64,000 nt of DNA, taken from positions 12,543 to 76,542 of the forward strand of contig CAYZJH010000006.1 in the NCBI GenBank assembly GCA_964478625.1. The letters are read 5' to 3'. Numbering within the stretch: position 1 is the first letter of the stretch; every line of letters starts with the position of its first letter. Shown here in pieces: positions 1 through 10,517 of this stretch. The DNA is from an uncultured Desulfobacteraceae bacterium (GTDB lineage Bacteria > Desulfobacterota > Desulfobacteria > Desulfobacterales > SKZT01). The position numbers were made by a program, and so were the translations under genes. The notes under the pieces are model-generated. The model searched no databases. It was not told the origin of the DNA and saw only the letters and a program-made list of their open reading frames with translations.

Positions 1-2
1 CG

Positions 3-506
3 GATGTCGCACTGCTTAAAGATGTACTGATTGTTGGTGGTATGCCCGAAAAAACTGAAAACCTCAGGTATTTAAGTTTTAATCGCTATGTTCAGACACA
101 AGGAGACAGGACCATCGAATTTTCAGCGGTAGCCGTTCTCAATAACCGAAGGGCCGACCACTGGCGACTGGAAGGATACCATAAAAAAATCAGCCAAATG
201 GTATTCAGTACGCGATGGACTCGTAATCCCCTGGATCTTTTTCTGAACAACCTGAGATGTAACCCTGAACTGATGGACCTTATCGGTTCAGCCGCTTCCC
301 ACTACAGCCTGCTGGGCATTCTTCAAACAGATAACCTGGAAAAAACCGGCTTTTTAAAACGCAAGGTCCGAACAATCCGTCCTGTTGTCGCCATACCCGG
401 TCTTAAGGAGGATGATTTAAACAAAATCATCGCTTTTGAAACCAATAACGAAATTATAAAATCCAAAGTCAGGGGTGTCCTGATGTACCGAAAGGCCGGA
501 CGGTAA
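3..506 (+). CDS. hypothetical protein, C-terminal fragment (5' end lies left of the window)
   Basis: Frame 3 is open from base 3 to the TAA at 504-506. The ORF-track entry 42..506 is only the part after the first in-window Met. No family motif recognised. Confidence 0.4.
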   Translation, partial: DVALLKDVLIVGGMPEKTENLRYLSFNRYVQTQGDRTIEFSAVAVLNNRRADHWRLEGYHKKISQMVFSTRWTRNPLDLFLNNLRCNPELMDLIGSAASHYSLLGILQTDNLEKTGFLKRKVRTIRPVVAIPGLKEDDLNKIIAFETNNEIIKSKVRGVLMYRKAGR

Positions 507-558
507 AACAATTCTGAAAAGAATGATTCAATGTTGATACTGAAAAAGAAATCTTTCT

Positions 559-708
559 CACAAGAAACATGGTTCCGTCACTCCGGCGCAAGCCTGAGTC
601 CAGAATCATTATCCATAGATTCCGGCTTTTGCCGGAATGACGAAAGACAGGAACCACATGAAACCTGTTACTTGTCGGCTGGGGCTCAGCATGCTGAGTG
701 AAACGCTT
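559..708 (+). repeat. modular intergenic repeat (MITE-family fragment); inverted copy of 21771..21942
   Basis: acaagaaacatggttccgtcactccggcg...ccggaatgacgaaagacaggaaccacatgaaacctgttacttgtcggctggggctcagcatgctgagtgaaacgct aligns with the reverse complement of 21771..21942 apart from one inserted module. It ends 1 nt before the rluD stop codon. Confidence 0.85.
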
Positions 709-1659
709 CTAAGGATCTTTTAAACTATCCAGGATTTCTTTCATATCGTCAGGCATTTGCGCCTCAAACACCATCTCTTTTTTTTCAACAGGATGTTCAA
801 ATGCGATTCTCCACGCATGAAGCATTTGCCGCGGGATTTTCTTTTCGGAACCATCTTTTTTTCTAATGGTATTCTGCCTGTTTTTTCCGTAAATTTCATC
901 CCCAAGAATCGGATGGTTTATGGCTGCACAATGGACCCTGATTTGATGGGTACGGCCGGTTTTCAGATCCAGCTCAAGTAAGGAGGCACGGGTAAAAATT
1001 TCCTTGACATGCCACAGGGTTTCCGCGCGACGTCCCCTGAAACTGTTTACCGACATTTTTTTTCTGTCTTTCGGATGCCTTCCGATGGGAAAATCGATTC
1101 TTCCGCTTGCAGAGGGCATGTGACCCCAGACCAATGCAAGATATTCTTTTCTTATCTTTCGTTCCTTGAACTGATAGGACAATTTTTCATGGGCAAGGGA
1201 ACATTTGGCGACCAGAATAACTCCGGAAGTGTCTTTATCGAGACGATGTATGATTCCGGGCCGTTGTACCGCTCCGATATCTTTTACTTCAGGGCAATGA
1301 AACAACAACCCGTTTACCAGGGTCGCACCCGGATGTCCTGGTGCCGGATGAACCACCAGACCCGGAGGTTTGTCCACAGCCATTAGGTAATCATCTTCGA
1401 AAAGAATTCTGAAAGGGACGGGTTCAGGTGAGAACCTTACAGCGCTTGGAGTGGGAATGAAACCGGTGATAATATCTCCCGGCTTCAGCCGATAACCGGC
1501 TTTTCTCTCGGAGCCTTGGACTTTTATGGCTCCGGTTTTAATTAAATTGACTACTGAAGATCGTGAACACTCTTTGAGATAATTTGAAACAACTATATCA
1601 AGACGATTATTGAGATTGCTTTCATCAGCATGGATGGTAAAATCACGATCTTTTACCAT
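709..1659 (-). CDS. rluD: 23S rRNA pseudouridine synthase, RluA/RluD family
   Basis: 316 aa; S4-like N-terminus; RluA-family catalytic motif HRLDKDTSGVILVAK with the conserved Asp. Confidence 0.9.
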   Translation of the reverse strand: MVKDRDFTIHADESNLNNRLDIVVSNYLKECSRSSVVNLIKTGAIKVQGSERKAGYRLKPGDIITGFIPTPSAVRFSPEPVPFRILFEDDYLMAVDKPPGLVVHPAPGHPGATLVNGLLFHCPEVKDIGAVQRPGIIHRLDKDTSGVILVAKCSLAHEKLSYQFKERKIRKEYLALVWGHMPSASGRIDFPIGRHPKDRKKMSVNSFRGRRAETLWHVKEIFTRASLLELDLKTGRTHQIRVHCAAINHPILGDEIYGKNRQNTIRKKDGSEKKIPRQMLHAWRIAFEHPVEKKEMVFEAQMPDDMKEILDSLKDP

Positions 1660-1671
1660 GGTATTGTGAAG

Positions 1672-2223
1672 TTAAGCCTGCTCCTTGGATGGAAAAAGAG
1701 ATTCAATCTCAGACAAAATGGTGGTTTCATCCGAATTCATCGCTGTCGACAACTCTTTGACCAAAAGGAACTGAGCGGTGTCATAAAGTTTTCTTTCCCC
1801 AAAAGACAGATCCTTGTTGAGCTTGAGGAGGTATAGATCTCTGTAGACTTCAGCCACTTCATACAATGACCCGGTCTTGATTTTTTCCATGTAGTCCCTG
1901 TAACGGCGATTCCAGGTCTGGCTGTCCAAAGGAGATTCACGGTCTTTTCTCATGATTTCATATACTTTCGGAATATCACTTTCATTGATAATATCCCGCA
2001 ACCCAACTGAATCTACATTCCACGTGGGAATCATGATGACCATATTATTTTCCAGTACTTTCATAATATAAAAATCATGTTTTTCACCGCTGATCACTTT
2101 ACTTTCGATTGCCTCAATACGGCCCACACCATGAGCGGGATAGACTGCAAGATCCCCAATTTGAAATTCTCGGGTCTTTTTTCCTGGAATATCTTTTTTT
2201 TTGGCGGTCTCTTTTTCTGTCAT
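1672..2223 (-). CDS. carD: CarD/CdnL family RNA-polymerase-binding transcription factor
   Basis: 183 aa; N-terminal CarD/TRCF RNAP-interaction pattern GDLAVYPAHGVGRIEAIE...FYIMKV. Confidence 0.85.
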   Translation of the reverse strand: MTEKETAKKKDIPGKKTREFQIGDLAVYPAHGVGRIEAIESKVISGEKHDFYIMKVLENNMVIMIPTWNVDSVGLRDIINESDIPKVYEIMRKDRESPLDSQTWNRRYRDYMEKIKTGSLYEVAEVYRDLYLLKLNKDLSFGERKLYDTAQFLLVKELSTAMNSDETTILSEIESLFPSKEQA

Positions 2224-2306
2224 ATATTCACCAGTATGATCGTTACAAGGTTAGAGAAACGGCAAGTTTCAATATATATACCAATTTTACCCTGAACAAT
2301 CAATAG

Positions 2307-2350
2307 AAAAAAAGGATTGGCGTGCGTTGGCATCACCAATCCTTTTTTAT
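2307..2350 (-). terminator. rho-independent terminator downstream of hppA (looks bidirectional)
   Basis: Stem aaggattgg (2312-2320) pairs with ccaatcctt (2336-2344). It is flanked by an A-run on one side and a T-run on the other, about 50 nt after the hppA stop. Confidence 0.7.
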
Positions 2351-2392
2351 TTCAACATACTACAGCAAAAGTAACCCTGGTCCCTCTAAATT

Positions 2393-4405
2393 TTACATCA
2401 GGAAGGGCACCATAAGCAGAGCAACAACGTTGAGGATTTTGATCATGGGGTTAACGGCAGGTCCTGCGGTATCTTTGTAGGGGTCGCCTACGGTGTCGCC
2501 AGTAACGGCAGCTTTGTGAGCTTCGCTTCCTTTACCACCCAAATGACCATCTTCAATGTATTTCTTGGCGTTATCCCAGGCTGCTCCACCGGTTGTCATG
2601 GAGATCGCGACAAAAAGACCGGTAACGATACTACCAATCAACAGACCGCCCAAAGCAACTTTGCCCAGCAAAAAGCCGACAAGAATAGGAGTAACAACCG
2701 GAAGCAGAGCCGGAACGATCATTTCCTTGAGTGCAAACTTGGTGACGATGTCAACACAGGTTGCATAATCAGGTTTGGCTGTGCCTTCCATGATTCCGGG
2801 GATTTCACGGAATTGACGGCGAACTTCTTCAACAACAGCACCACCGGCGCTTCCAACGGCTTTCATGGTGATTGAGGCAAACAGGTAAGGAAGAAGACCA
2901 CCGATGAAAAGACCAACGATAACGTTAACATCGCTCAATGAAAAGCTGATTCCGCCGCCGTCACCACCGTGAATCTGGAACTCAAAAATGTAGCAGGCGA
3001 ACAGTACCAGAGCGGCCAGACCAGCTGAACCGATAGCATAACCTTTGGTTACTGCTTTTGTGGTGTTACCAACAGCATCCAGAGGATCGGTTACGGCACG
3101 GACGCTGTCGTCCATTCCGGCCATTTCCGCAATTCCACCCGCATTGTCAGTAATGGGGCCATAAGCATCAATGGCAATAACCATACCGGTCATGGAAAGC
3201 ATGGACATGGCAGCCATTGCGATTCCATAAAGGCCGGCAAAATAGTATGAACTTAAAATAGCGATACAGATAGCGATAACCGGAGCAGCAGTGGCCTGCA
3301 TGCTAATTGCCAGACCGGCGATAATGTTGGTGGCATGGCCGGTGGTGGAAGCTTCGGCAACACCTTTAACAGGTGAATAGATTCCGGTGTAGAATTCAGT
3401 GATAATAACGATAACAACGGTAAGAATAAGACCAACCAATGCTGAATAATAAATGGACATGGGATCCAAATCGGGAATACCGACCATCATCTGCATAGTT
3501 ACATAGTAGAATCCGAATGCGGCAAGAATTGCGGAACCAAACATCCCTTTGTACAAGGCACCCATGATGTACTGACTTTTTCCAAGTCTTACAAAAAATA
3601 CGGCAATAATTGAAGCCAGAATAGAAACAGCACCCAGCACCAGCGGGAATTCGGTGGCAATGGGGTTGTTGGGGAATAACAGGTGGCCCAACAGCATACC
3701 GGCAACAGCGGTCACCGCGTAGGTTTCAAAAAGGTCAGCGGCCATACCGGCGCAGTCACCCACGTTGTCGCCAACGTTATCAGCGATAACAGCCGGGTTT
3801 CTGGGATCGTCTTCGGGAATTCCGGCTTCGACTTTACCCACAAGGTCGGCACCAACATCAGCGCCTTTGGTGAAAATACCACCACCAAGTCGGGCAAAAA
3901 TGGAAATAAGGCTTCCACCAAATCCAAGAGCAACCAGAGCCACAACATCTCCTGTTGCAAAATAGAAACCGGCCACGGAGGTCAGGGCCAAACCGGCAAC
4001 CATCATACCGGTCACCGAGCCGCCTTTAAAAGCCAGTGACAAACCGGCGGCCAAACCTTTTTTGGCAGCTTCGGCCGTTCTGACGTTAGCCAGAACCGAT
4101 ACTCTCATTCCAATATAACCGGCGGCATAAGAGGCAACAGCACCGATAAGGAATCCAACAGCTGTAATCATGCCCATGGTGGCAAAAATAATGACAAAAA
4201 TAACACCACCGGCAATAGCAACACTTTTTAACTGGCGGTTCAGGTAGGCGATAGCACCTTCTGCAATAGCTCCAGAGATTGCCTGCATTTTATCGTCACC
4301 TGCAGGTGCGCCCTTAATAAGCCCTGCAATCAAAATGGCATAAATTACACCCACCACACCGATAAGTGTACATACCAGAGGTATATTGCTCATAAAAAAT
4401 TCCAT
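2393..4405 (-). CDS. hppA: membrane-bound proton-translocating pyrophosphatase (probably the K+-independent type)
   Basis: 670 aa, many TM helices. Signature motifs [21 protein letters not shown] and [20 protein letters not shown] (Lys rather than Ala) is the determinant I recall for K+-independent H+-PPases. Confidence 0.97.
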   Translation of the reverse strand: MEFFMSNIPLVCTLIGVVGVIYAILIAGLIKGAPAGDDKMQAISGAIAEGAIAYLNRQLKSVAIAGGVIFVIIFATMGMITAVGFLIGAVASYAAGYIGMRVSVLANVRTAEAAKKGLAAGLSLAFKGGSVTGMMVAGLALTSVAGFYFATGDVVALVALGFGGSLISIFARLGGGIFTKGADVGADLVGKVEAGIPEDDPRNPAVIADNVGDNVGDCAGMAADLFETYAVTAVAGMLLGHLLFPNNPIATEFPLVLGAVSILASIIAVFFVRLGKSQYIMGALYKGMFGSAILAAFGFYYVTMQMMVGIPDLDPMSIYYSALVGLILTVVIVIITEFYTGIYSPVKGVAEASTTGHATNIIAGLAISMQATAAPVIAICIAILSSYYFAGLYGIAMAAMSMLSMTGMVIAIDAYGPITDNAGGIAEMAGMDDSVRAVTDPLDAVGNTTKAVTKGYAIGSAGLAALVLFACYIFEFQIHGGDGGGISFSLSDVNVIVGLFIGGLLPYLFASITMKAVGSAGGAVVEEVRRQFREIPGIMEGTAKPDYATCVDIVTKFALKEMIVPALLPVVTPILVGFLLGKVALGGLLIGSIVTGLFVAISMTTGGAAWDNAKKYIEDGHLGGKGSEAHKAAVTGDTVGDPYKDTAGPAVNPMIKILNVVALLMVPFLM

Positions 4406-4432
4406 TCTTTTCCCTCCATCTGAAAAATTGCT

Positions 4433-5023
4433 TTAATTAATGGTTTTCAAACGATTAAACCGATTCATCCCTTCCTTTGCGCCTTCACAAAGGATTGTCA
4501 ATGCAGCGTCCATAGCTGTGGGGATTATTTTATCCAGCAGCACTCTTTCTTCCGGACTAAAACGGCCCAGAACGTGATCAACCACGTCCGCACCAGCCTC
4601 AGAACGCCCGATACCTATACGAAGTCTGGTAAAATTGCCTCCGCCAAAGGCATCGATAATGGATCTGATCCCTTTGTGTCCCCCATCCCCTCCTTTCTCT
4701 TTGATTTTTATTCTTCCGAATGTGAGATCTATGTCATCATGAATAACCAGCATATCCTCACATGATATCCTGTAAAAGCCCGCCAGCTTCTGAACCGGCG
4801 GACCACTAAGATTCATAAACATTTGGGGTTTGGCCAGCACGACATCATCACCCTGAATCCTGCCTTTGCCGTAAATGGTATTGAACTTGTTCTTATCCAT
4901 TGAAATTCGAAAAGCATCCGCCAGTTTATCCACCACAATAAATCCGGCATTGTGTCGCGTCATGGCATATTCTTTGCCCGGATTCCCCAGCCCAATGACA
5001 AGCTTTAAAGATGATTGAACCAT
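4433..5023 (-). CDS. pth: peptidyl-tRNA hydrolase
   Basis: 196 aa; N-terminal LVIGLGNPGKEYAMTRHNAGF motif; sits in the conserved pth-ctc-prs order. Confidence 0.95.
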   Translation of the reverse strand: MVQSSLKLVIGLGNPGKEYAMTRHNAGFIVVDKLADAFRISMDKNKFNTIYGKGRIQGDDVVLAKPQMFMNLSGPPVQKLAGFYRISCEDMLVIHDDIDLTFGRIKIKEKGGDGGHKGIRSIIDAFGGGNFTRLRIGIGRSEAGADVVDHVLGRFSPEERVLLDKIIPTAMDAALTILCEGAKEGMNRFNRLKTIN

Positions 5024-5032
5024 GTGTCCGGA

Positions 5033-5671
5033 TTATTCTTCATCACTACCTTCTTCACCGGATACCTCACCTTCTTCCTCAGCCTCGCCTTCTTCGGCCA
5101 CTTCTTCCATCATCGCCCCGGAAACCGTGACCACCGTAAAATTGGTGTCGGCGATGATCTCAAGGGTATCGGATACGGGTATATCTTCGACATGAATCGA
5201 ATCGCCGATTTGCATTTCAGAAACATCAAGGATAATGGATTCGGGAATATCAAGAGGAAAGCAAAGCACATCGATCTCTCTTCTGATCAGCTGAAGTGTT
5301 CCCCCTGCTTCAGTGCCTTTAGCCAGACCGGTCAGCACCACGGGTACTTTGACATAAATTTTTTTGTCCATGGCCACTTCATACAAATCAATATGTAAGA
5401 ATCTTCTGGACACCGGGTGAAGCTGAAGATCCTTGATCATCGCTGTTTTTTTGATCGCTTCACCGTTTTGTAGGGTCAGATTCAATGGGGCCTGGTTGCT
5501 TCCACTGTGTTTCAGTATTTTTTCGATATCCAACGTATTCACTGAAATGGCAATCGGCTCACTTTTAGGACCATAAAGCACACCCGGAATTGATCCTTCT
5601 CTTCTCAAAGCTCTGGAAATCCCTTTACCCCTTGTTTTTCGAATACTTGCCGTGAGTTCTAACAGTTCCAA
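5033..5671 (-). CDS. rplY: 50S ribosomal protein L25 / general stress protein Ctc
   Basis: 212 aa; L25/Ctc two-domain pattern with an acidic C-terminal tail (EEVAEEGEAEEEGE); conserved position between pth and prs. Confidence 0.9.
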   Translation of the reverse strand: MELLELTASIRKTRGKGISRALRREGSIPGVLYGPKSEPIAISVNTLDIEKILKHSGSNQAPLNLTLQNGEAIKKTAMIKDLQLHPVSRRFLHIDLYEVAMDKKIYVKVPVVLTGLAKGTEAGGTLQLIRREIDVLCFPLDIPESIILDVSEMQIGDSIHVEDIPVSDTLEIIADTNFTVVTVSGAMMEEVAEEGEAEEEGEVSGEEGSDEE

Positions 5672-5701
5672 AAAATTTTCCTCCTTACCAACACAAAAAA
5701 A

Positions 5702-6640
5702 TTATACAAACAGGGAAGTCACCGAGTCTCCCCTGTGGCTTCGAATAATGGCCTCTCCAAAAAGCTCTGTTACGGAAAGCACTTCAACCTTACCACATTC
5801 CAGAACTTCAGGTTTAACAGGAATGGTGTCGGCTACGATAACGCTTCGCAAATCCGAACTGCATATGCGGTCGACAGCCGGGCCGGACAGCACAGGATGA
5901 ACACAGCACGCGTAGACTTCTTTCGCCCCCTTATCCAGGATCGCATGGGCGGCTTCCGTCAGGGTTCCTGCAGTATCGACCATATCATCCAAGATAATGG
6001 CCACCTTGTCAGCCACGTCTCCAATAACGGCCATGGCCTGGGAAATATTCGGGGCATCCCTGCGCTTATCCACAACAGCTAGATTGGCATTGAGTCTTTT
6101 TGCAAAAGCGCGGGCCCGTTCGGCACCACCGGCATCCGGTGAAACAATAACCAGATTGCCGCTAAAATTTTCTCTGATATACTCGATTATTTTTGGGGCT
6201 GCAAAAAGGTTGTCCACGGGAATATCAAAATATCCCTGAATCTGACCGGCATGCAAATCCATGGTAATAATTCTTTTTGCACCGGCTTTTTGGAGAAGAT
6301 CGGCCACCAGCTTGGCACTGATCGGAACCCTCGGAGCGACTTTTTTATCCTGGCGGGCATATCCGTAATACGGCATGACCGCTGTAATTCTGGTGGCTGA
6401 TGCCCGCTTTAAGGCATCGATCATGAGCAACAGCTCGACAAGATTATCATTTACCGGTGCACATGTGGATTGGATAACAAAAACATCTCTCAACCGCACA
6501 TTATCATTGATCTCTATTCTGACCTCGCCGTCGCTGAAACGCTTTACCATACATTGGCCCAGAGGCAAGCCAAGATAGTCACATACCTTTTTTGCAAATT
6601 CAGGATTGGAATTTCCGGAGAAAATAATCAGTTCATTCAT
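5702..6640 (-). CDS. prs: ribose-phosphate pyrophosphokinase (PRPP synthetase)
   Basis: 312 aa; motifs DLHAGQIQGYF, VSPDAGG and ILDDMVDTAGT (PRPP-binding loop). Confidence 0.97.
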   Translation of the reverse strand: MNELIIFSGNSNPEFAKKVCDYLGLPLGQCMVKRFSDGEVRIEINDNVRLRDVFVIQSTCAPVNDNLVELLLMIDALKRASATRITAVMPYYGYARQDKKVAPRVPISAKLVADLLQKAGAKRIITMDLHAGQIQGYFDIPVDNLFAAPKIIEYIRENFSGNLVIVSPDAGGAERARAFAKRLNANLAVVDKRRDAPNISQAMAVIGDVADKVAIILDDMVDTAGTLTEAAHAILDKGAKEVYACCVHPVLSGPAVDRICSSDLRSVIVADTIPVKPEVLECGKVEVLSVTELFGEAIIRSHRGDSVTSLFV

Positions 6641-6692
6641 TAACGCACCGGTGATCGCATAACCAAAGCTTTTTTACCCATGTAACCCTTTT

Positions 6693-6767
6693 TGGCTGGG
6701 GCGGGAGGATTCGAACCTCCGAATGCAGGAACCAAAATCCTGTGTCTTACCGCTTGACGACGCCCCA
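6693..6767 (-). tRNA. tRNA-Gln (anticodon UUG), CCA encoded
   Basis: The reverse complement TGGGGCGTCGTCAAGCGGTAAGACACAGGATTTTGGTTCCTGCATTCGGAGGTTCGAATCCTCCCGCCCCAGCCA folds as a cloverleaf. It has a 7-bp acceptor stem, anticodon stem CAGGA/TCCTG with loop TTTTGGT, and a GGTTCGAATCC T-arm. Very similar to E. coli tRNA-Gln. Confidence 0.97.
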
Positions 6768-6847
6768 AAATCGCATTTTTGCCTCAGAACCCGTATTAAC
6801 CTCATATTAAAATCGACTTTTTCCTTTACCCTGAGCCGACCTTGCCC

Positions 6848-7690
6848 TCACAGTAAAAGGTGTGCAAAAAACACTTCCCACAACTTGTTTTCCGATAGCC
6901 TTTTGGCAGCCTCAGGCACTTTTGCCTCATCCATGAAAATCCCAAAAACGGTGGGACCGCTTCCGGTCATCAATGCAGCGTCTGCTCCGGATGAGATCAA
7001 GGCTTTTTTGGCTTCCAATATCTCAGGATGCCATGAAACAGCTACTGTTTCCAAATCGTTGTACAAATTACTACCAAACTCAAAACTCCGGTTTTTAAAA
7101 ATTGGATATTTAGGTTTTTTTTTGGAATTTGTCAATCTTAAATTAAGATTTTTGTAAACCTGCGCTGTGGACACCTTTATTTTCGGATAGATAAGAATCA
7201 CCTTGCAAGCAACCAGACCGGCATAACTTTTAAGTCTTTCACCAACCCCTCTGGCAATGGCCGGTTTGCCCATTACAAAGAAAGGAACATCAGCTCCAAT
7301 GGCAAGGCCCATCTCCATGAGCTGCCATTGTGATAACGGAAACCCATAGAATTGATTCAGCATTTTTAAAACTGCGGCAGCATTACTGGATCCACCTCCA
7401 AGTCCAGCTGCAACAGGTATTTTTTTATCAATTCTGATTACAAGACCCGGCGGAGAATCCCCCATTTTTTTGAAAAACAAAGAGGCTGCCCTGATTGCCA
7501 GGTTTGTCTCATCCTCAGGTACATCCGGATGATTGCATGAAATGGATAATGTTTTTCCTGTAAAATCAAACGTCATTGAATCATAGAGACTGACAGGACA
7601 CATCAGGGAGAAAATATCGTGATAACCATCCGGACGCTTTTTAAGGACCTTCAGGAACAAATTGATTTTTGCTGGCGCTAATATTTCCAT
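6848..7690 (-). CDS. ispE: 4-diphosphocytidyl-2-C-methyl-D-erythritol kinase
   Basis: 280 aa GHMP kinase; N-terminal APAKINLFLKV; ATP loop PVAAGLGGGSSNAAA; conserved neighbourhood with tRNA-Gln and prs. Confidence 0.93.
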   Translation of the reverse strand: MEILAPAKINLFLKVLKKRPDGYHDIFSLMCPVSLYDSMTFDFTGKTLSISCNHPDVPEDETNLAIRAASLFFKKMGDSPPGLVIRIDKKIPVAAGLGGGSSNAAAVLKMLNQFYGFPLSQWQLMEMGLAIGADVPFFVMGKPAIARGVGERLKSYAGLVACKVILIYPKIKVSTAQVYKNLNLRLTNSKKKPKYPIFKNRSFEFGSNLYNDLETVAVSWHPEILEAKKALISSGADAALMTGSGPTVFGIFMDEAKVPEAAKRLSENKLWEVFFAHLLL

Positions 7691-7703
7691 CTTAATTCAT
7701 TAA

Positions 7704-7883
7704 CTTGACAGTACAAAGTTCTCCGTGATGCCGGACTTGATCCGGCATCCAGAAAAACCAGCGTCCTTAATCCAACTGGACAGCGCTGCGCTTCACTTTG
7801 TGCCCGGCCTTCGCCAGAATGACGAACTATTAAAATCGATAAAAATTAATTCCAAGTATTTATGAGAACTTAGTACTGTCAAG
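7704..7883 (+). mobile_element. 180-bp MITE-like element, reference copy of the family
   Basis: Terminal inverted repeats CTTGACAGTACAAAGTTCTC (7704-) and GAGAACTTAGTACTGTCAAG (-7883). Internal hairpin ATGCCGGACTTGATCCGGCAT (7728-7748) and module agcgctgcgcttcactttgtgcccggccttcgcc. Near-twin of 54511..54690. No TSD visible at this copy. Confidence 0.85.
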
Positions 7884-7900
7884 ATCACCAATAAGCCTAT

Positions 7901-7927
7901 AAAAAAAGGGCAGAAAGCCCCTGCCCC
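7901..7927 (-). terminator. rho-independent terminator of the DUF1844 gene
   Basis: On the minus strand, GGGCAG-GGGCTTT-CTGCCC is followed by TTTTTTT, about 30 nt after the stop at 7957. Confidence 0.75.
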
Positions 7928-7956
7928 TTTTTCAAATGAAAGCCTCCGGGAAAAAA

Positions 7957-8391
7957 TCAGCTTATCTCACGCACATACATCATTCTCAAATCATAGAGGA
8001 TATTTTTCAACATCATCTCCTCTTCCTTGTTTAAATTTCCCTTTGTTTTTTCATCGAGCATTCCCAGGATATCGATGGTTTGCTTGGCCAAAGGAAGGTT
8101 TTTTTCCTTGCTGCCTGTCATCGGATCTTCGATAATACCCAGTTGCACCAGAACTGAAGAATTAAGGGAAAGAATAAACGTCTGGAAATTTATCTTGGGA
8201 AGCCGCGTTTCCCTGGTTTTGGCATTTTCCCGGTGTTTTGGTTCATCGGTTTTGGCTTCGGAGGGTTTCGTCCCGGATTCGCCAGCTTTGAGTTCCTCGG
8301 TTTCAGGTTTTTCATCTTTTCCGCTGTCCTGATTTTCGGAAGAAAACCTCCGACGGTCCTTTACTACAAATGTTTTTTTCTCCTCCGACAT
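7957..8391 (-). CDS. DUF1844 domain protein
   Basis: 144 aa; acidic/lysine-rich N-terminus, then the DUF1844 pattern FQTFILSLNSSVLVQLG...PLAKQTIDILGMLDEKTKGNL..EE..L.N.LYDLRM.YV. Confidence 0.75.
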   Translation of the reverse strand: MSEEKKTFVVKDRRRFSSENQDSGKDEKPETEELKAGESGTKPSEAKTDEPKHRENAKTRETRLPKINFQTFILSLNSSVLVQLGIIEDPMTGSKEKNLPLAKQTIDILGMLDEKTKGNLNKEEEMMLKNILYDLRMMYVREIS

Positions 8392-8527
8392 GATCCATCT
8401 CCTTCTTTTGCATCCATTTCAACTTTTTTACAGATTAACACTGACATCAATCTATTTTGATCATCATGTCAATGCTTTTCAATAAAAAAAACATGCGAGC
8501 AAAAGATCTTCCAACAGTTTCAGATTG

Positions 8528-10108
8528 CTAAAGTTCCAAAGGAAGCACCCAGTTCACCAGCGGTAAAGCCTCGATGGCTTCTTTCGCTTCAGGGGTAATG
8601 GGTGTGTCAGTACGCAGAAAGATGATATTGTTGTCTCCTTCTTCTTCCTGCCCCACAGTCATCCGGGAAATGTTAATGTTGTGTTTTCCCAGGGTGGTTC
8701 CGATACTGCCGATCGCACCGGGTTGGTCCAAATTCTGGATAATGGCCGCATGTCCTACGGGATTCATTTCCAAACGAAAATCGTTGATTTTGACAACACG
8801 GGCATCTTTTCTTCCGAATATCGTACCGGACACCGTGCTGGTCATTTCAGTGGTCACGGCCTTTAACGTAATCAGGTTAATATAATCTTCAGGCTCGGCC
8901 TTATTGGTTTCAGTGACTTTTATCCCTCTTTCTTTGGCCAGAACCGGTGCATTCACATAGTTGATATCGTCTTTGACGATCGGAGTCAGAATTCCCTTGA
9001 TGGCGGAAGTGGTAACGGGAGCCAGATCAAGCCCCTGGAAATCCCCGGCATATTCCACGGAAATCTCCTGCAATGCCCCGCAAATAAGTTGAGCTTGCAG
9101 ACACCCCATTCGATCTCCCAAAAACAGGTAAGGCCCAAGCTTTTTCAACAGTTCACCGGTCACCGAGGGAACATTGACCGCATTTCGAATGGTACCGTTT
9201 TTCAAATAATCGATAATCTGCTCAGCCACCTGAACCGCCACGTTGGTCTGTGCTTCCTTAGTGGATGCTCCCAGATGGGGTGTACAGATCACCTGGTCCA
9301 GTTCAAGCAACGGAATCAATCCCGGAGGCTCGGTCTCAAAGACATCCAGGGCGGCCCCGGCCACTTTGCCGGACTTGATGGCCTCATACAGGTCCGCTTC
9401 CTTGACAATTCCTCCGCGGGCGCAGTTGATAATCATCACGCCGTCTTTCATTTTTTCAAAAGACTCTTTGTTGATCAAACCGATCGTTTCTTTCAACTTG
9501 GGGACATGGACTGTAATGTAGTCTGCACGACGATACAATTCGTCAAGGGTAACATTTTCAAATCCGGATTTTTCAATCTGTTCCGGGTTTACAAACGGAT
9601 CATAAATAATAACCTGCATCCTCAGTCCCCGAGCCCGATCCGCCACAATAGAACCGATTTTGCCGAAACCGATCAAGCCGACGACTTTGTTAAAGAGTTC
9701 TTTGCCCTGAAGTTTTTTCTTGTCCCACCGCCCAGCTTTCAATGACAAGGTCCCCTGGGGAATGTTTCTGCTCAGGGAAACCATCATACCGATTGCATGT
9801 TCGGCAGTCGTCACCACATTTCCGGTCGGGGTATTCATGACCACCACGCCCCTTTTGGTAGCCGCCGGAATATCCACATTGTCCAGCCCGATTCCGGCCC
9901 TTCCGACAACCTTCAAATTTTCAGCGGCACTGAGCAAATCTTCCGTGACCTTGGTGGCACTTCGGATCACCAGGCCATCATATTTGCCGATAATTTCCTT
10001 CAATTCCTCAGGGGAAAGGCCTGTTTTGACATCAACCTGAATCCCTTCCTCCTGCTGGAACAATTTGATCCCTTCTTCACCAAGATTATCGCTGACCAAT
10101 ACTCTCAT
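8528..10108 (-). CDS. serA: D-3-phosphoglycerate dehydrogenase (long form with ACT domain)
   Basis: 526 aa; 2-hydroxyacid dehydrogenase NAD loop GLIGFGKIGSIV; catalytic region CTPHLGAST; C-terminal ACT-like regulatory domain. Confidence 0.93.
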   Translation of the reverse strand: MRVLVSDNLGEEGIKLFQQEEGIQVDVKTGLSPEELKEIIGKYDGLVIRSATKVTEDLLSAAENLKVVGRAGIGLDNVDIPAATKRGVVVMNTPTGNVVTTAEHAIGMMVSLSRNIPQGTLSLKAGRWDKKKLQGKELFNKVVGLIGFGKIGSIVADRARGLRMQVIIYDPFVNPEQIEKSGFENVTLDELYRRADYITVHVPKLKETIGLINKESFEKMKDGVMIINCARGGIVKEADLYEAIKSGKVAGAALDVFETEPPGLIPLLELDQVICTPHLGASTKEAQTNVAVQVAEQIIDYLKNGTIRNAVNVPSVTGELLKKLGPYLFLGDRMGCLQAQLICGALQEISVEYAGDFQGLDLAPVTTSAIKGILTPIVKDDINYVNAPVLAKERGIKVTETNKAEPEDYINLITLKAVTTEMTSTVSGTIFGRKDARVVKINDFRLEMNPVGHAAIIQNLDQPGAIGSIGTTLGKHNINISRMTVGQEEEGDNNIIFLRTDTPITPEAKEAIEALPLVNWVLPLEL

Positions 10109-10517
10109 TTTTCTACCCCCTGAACACCTCTTATCAAAATCAGATGGTTAAATCAAAACCCTATACCATTTTTCAACAATTGAATAAAAAGATAAAAGTT
10201 GCATAACATCTAAGTTCATAAATTTTGTCAAGGGTAAAGCTCATTTTTTGTTCAATGAAATCAATTTATTTATTTAACTTGAATTATTTTTTTATATATG
10301 ATTCTCCCACAACAAATAAACCGTTGGCTAAGGCTTTCGAACACCCTGTAGGTATTTTTCCCTTGCTTATCACCTGATTGCCGTATAAAATTTTTCCTGT
10401 CGGAAAATCGGGCGAAACATAAACCTCATTTAATGGATGCGGGCACCCCATTTGGACTTTTCAACAGTCTGTCATGCTTGATTATTTCAATGGTGAACCT
10501 GCCCAAAACGAGCAACT

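Noticed and set aside
9089-9745. 218-aa plus-strand ORF (and similar ORFs at 39611..40222, 21997..22629 and 44110..44631)
   Set aside because: All are antisense shadows of confidently assigned genes (serA, the CoA-transferase/GNAT gene, the cryB-like gene, the SPFH gene). Their compositions are typical of reverse-frame translation.
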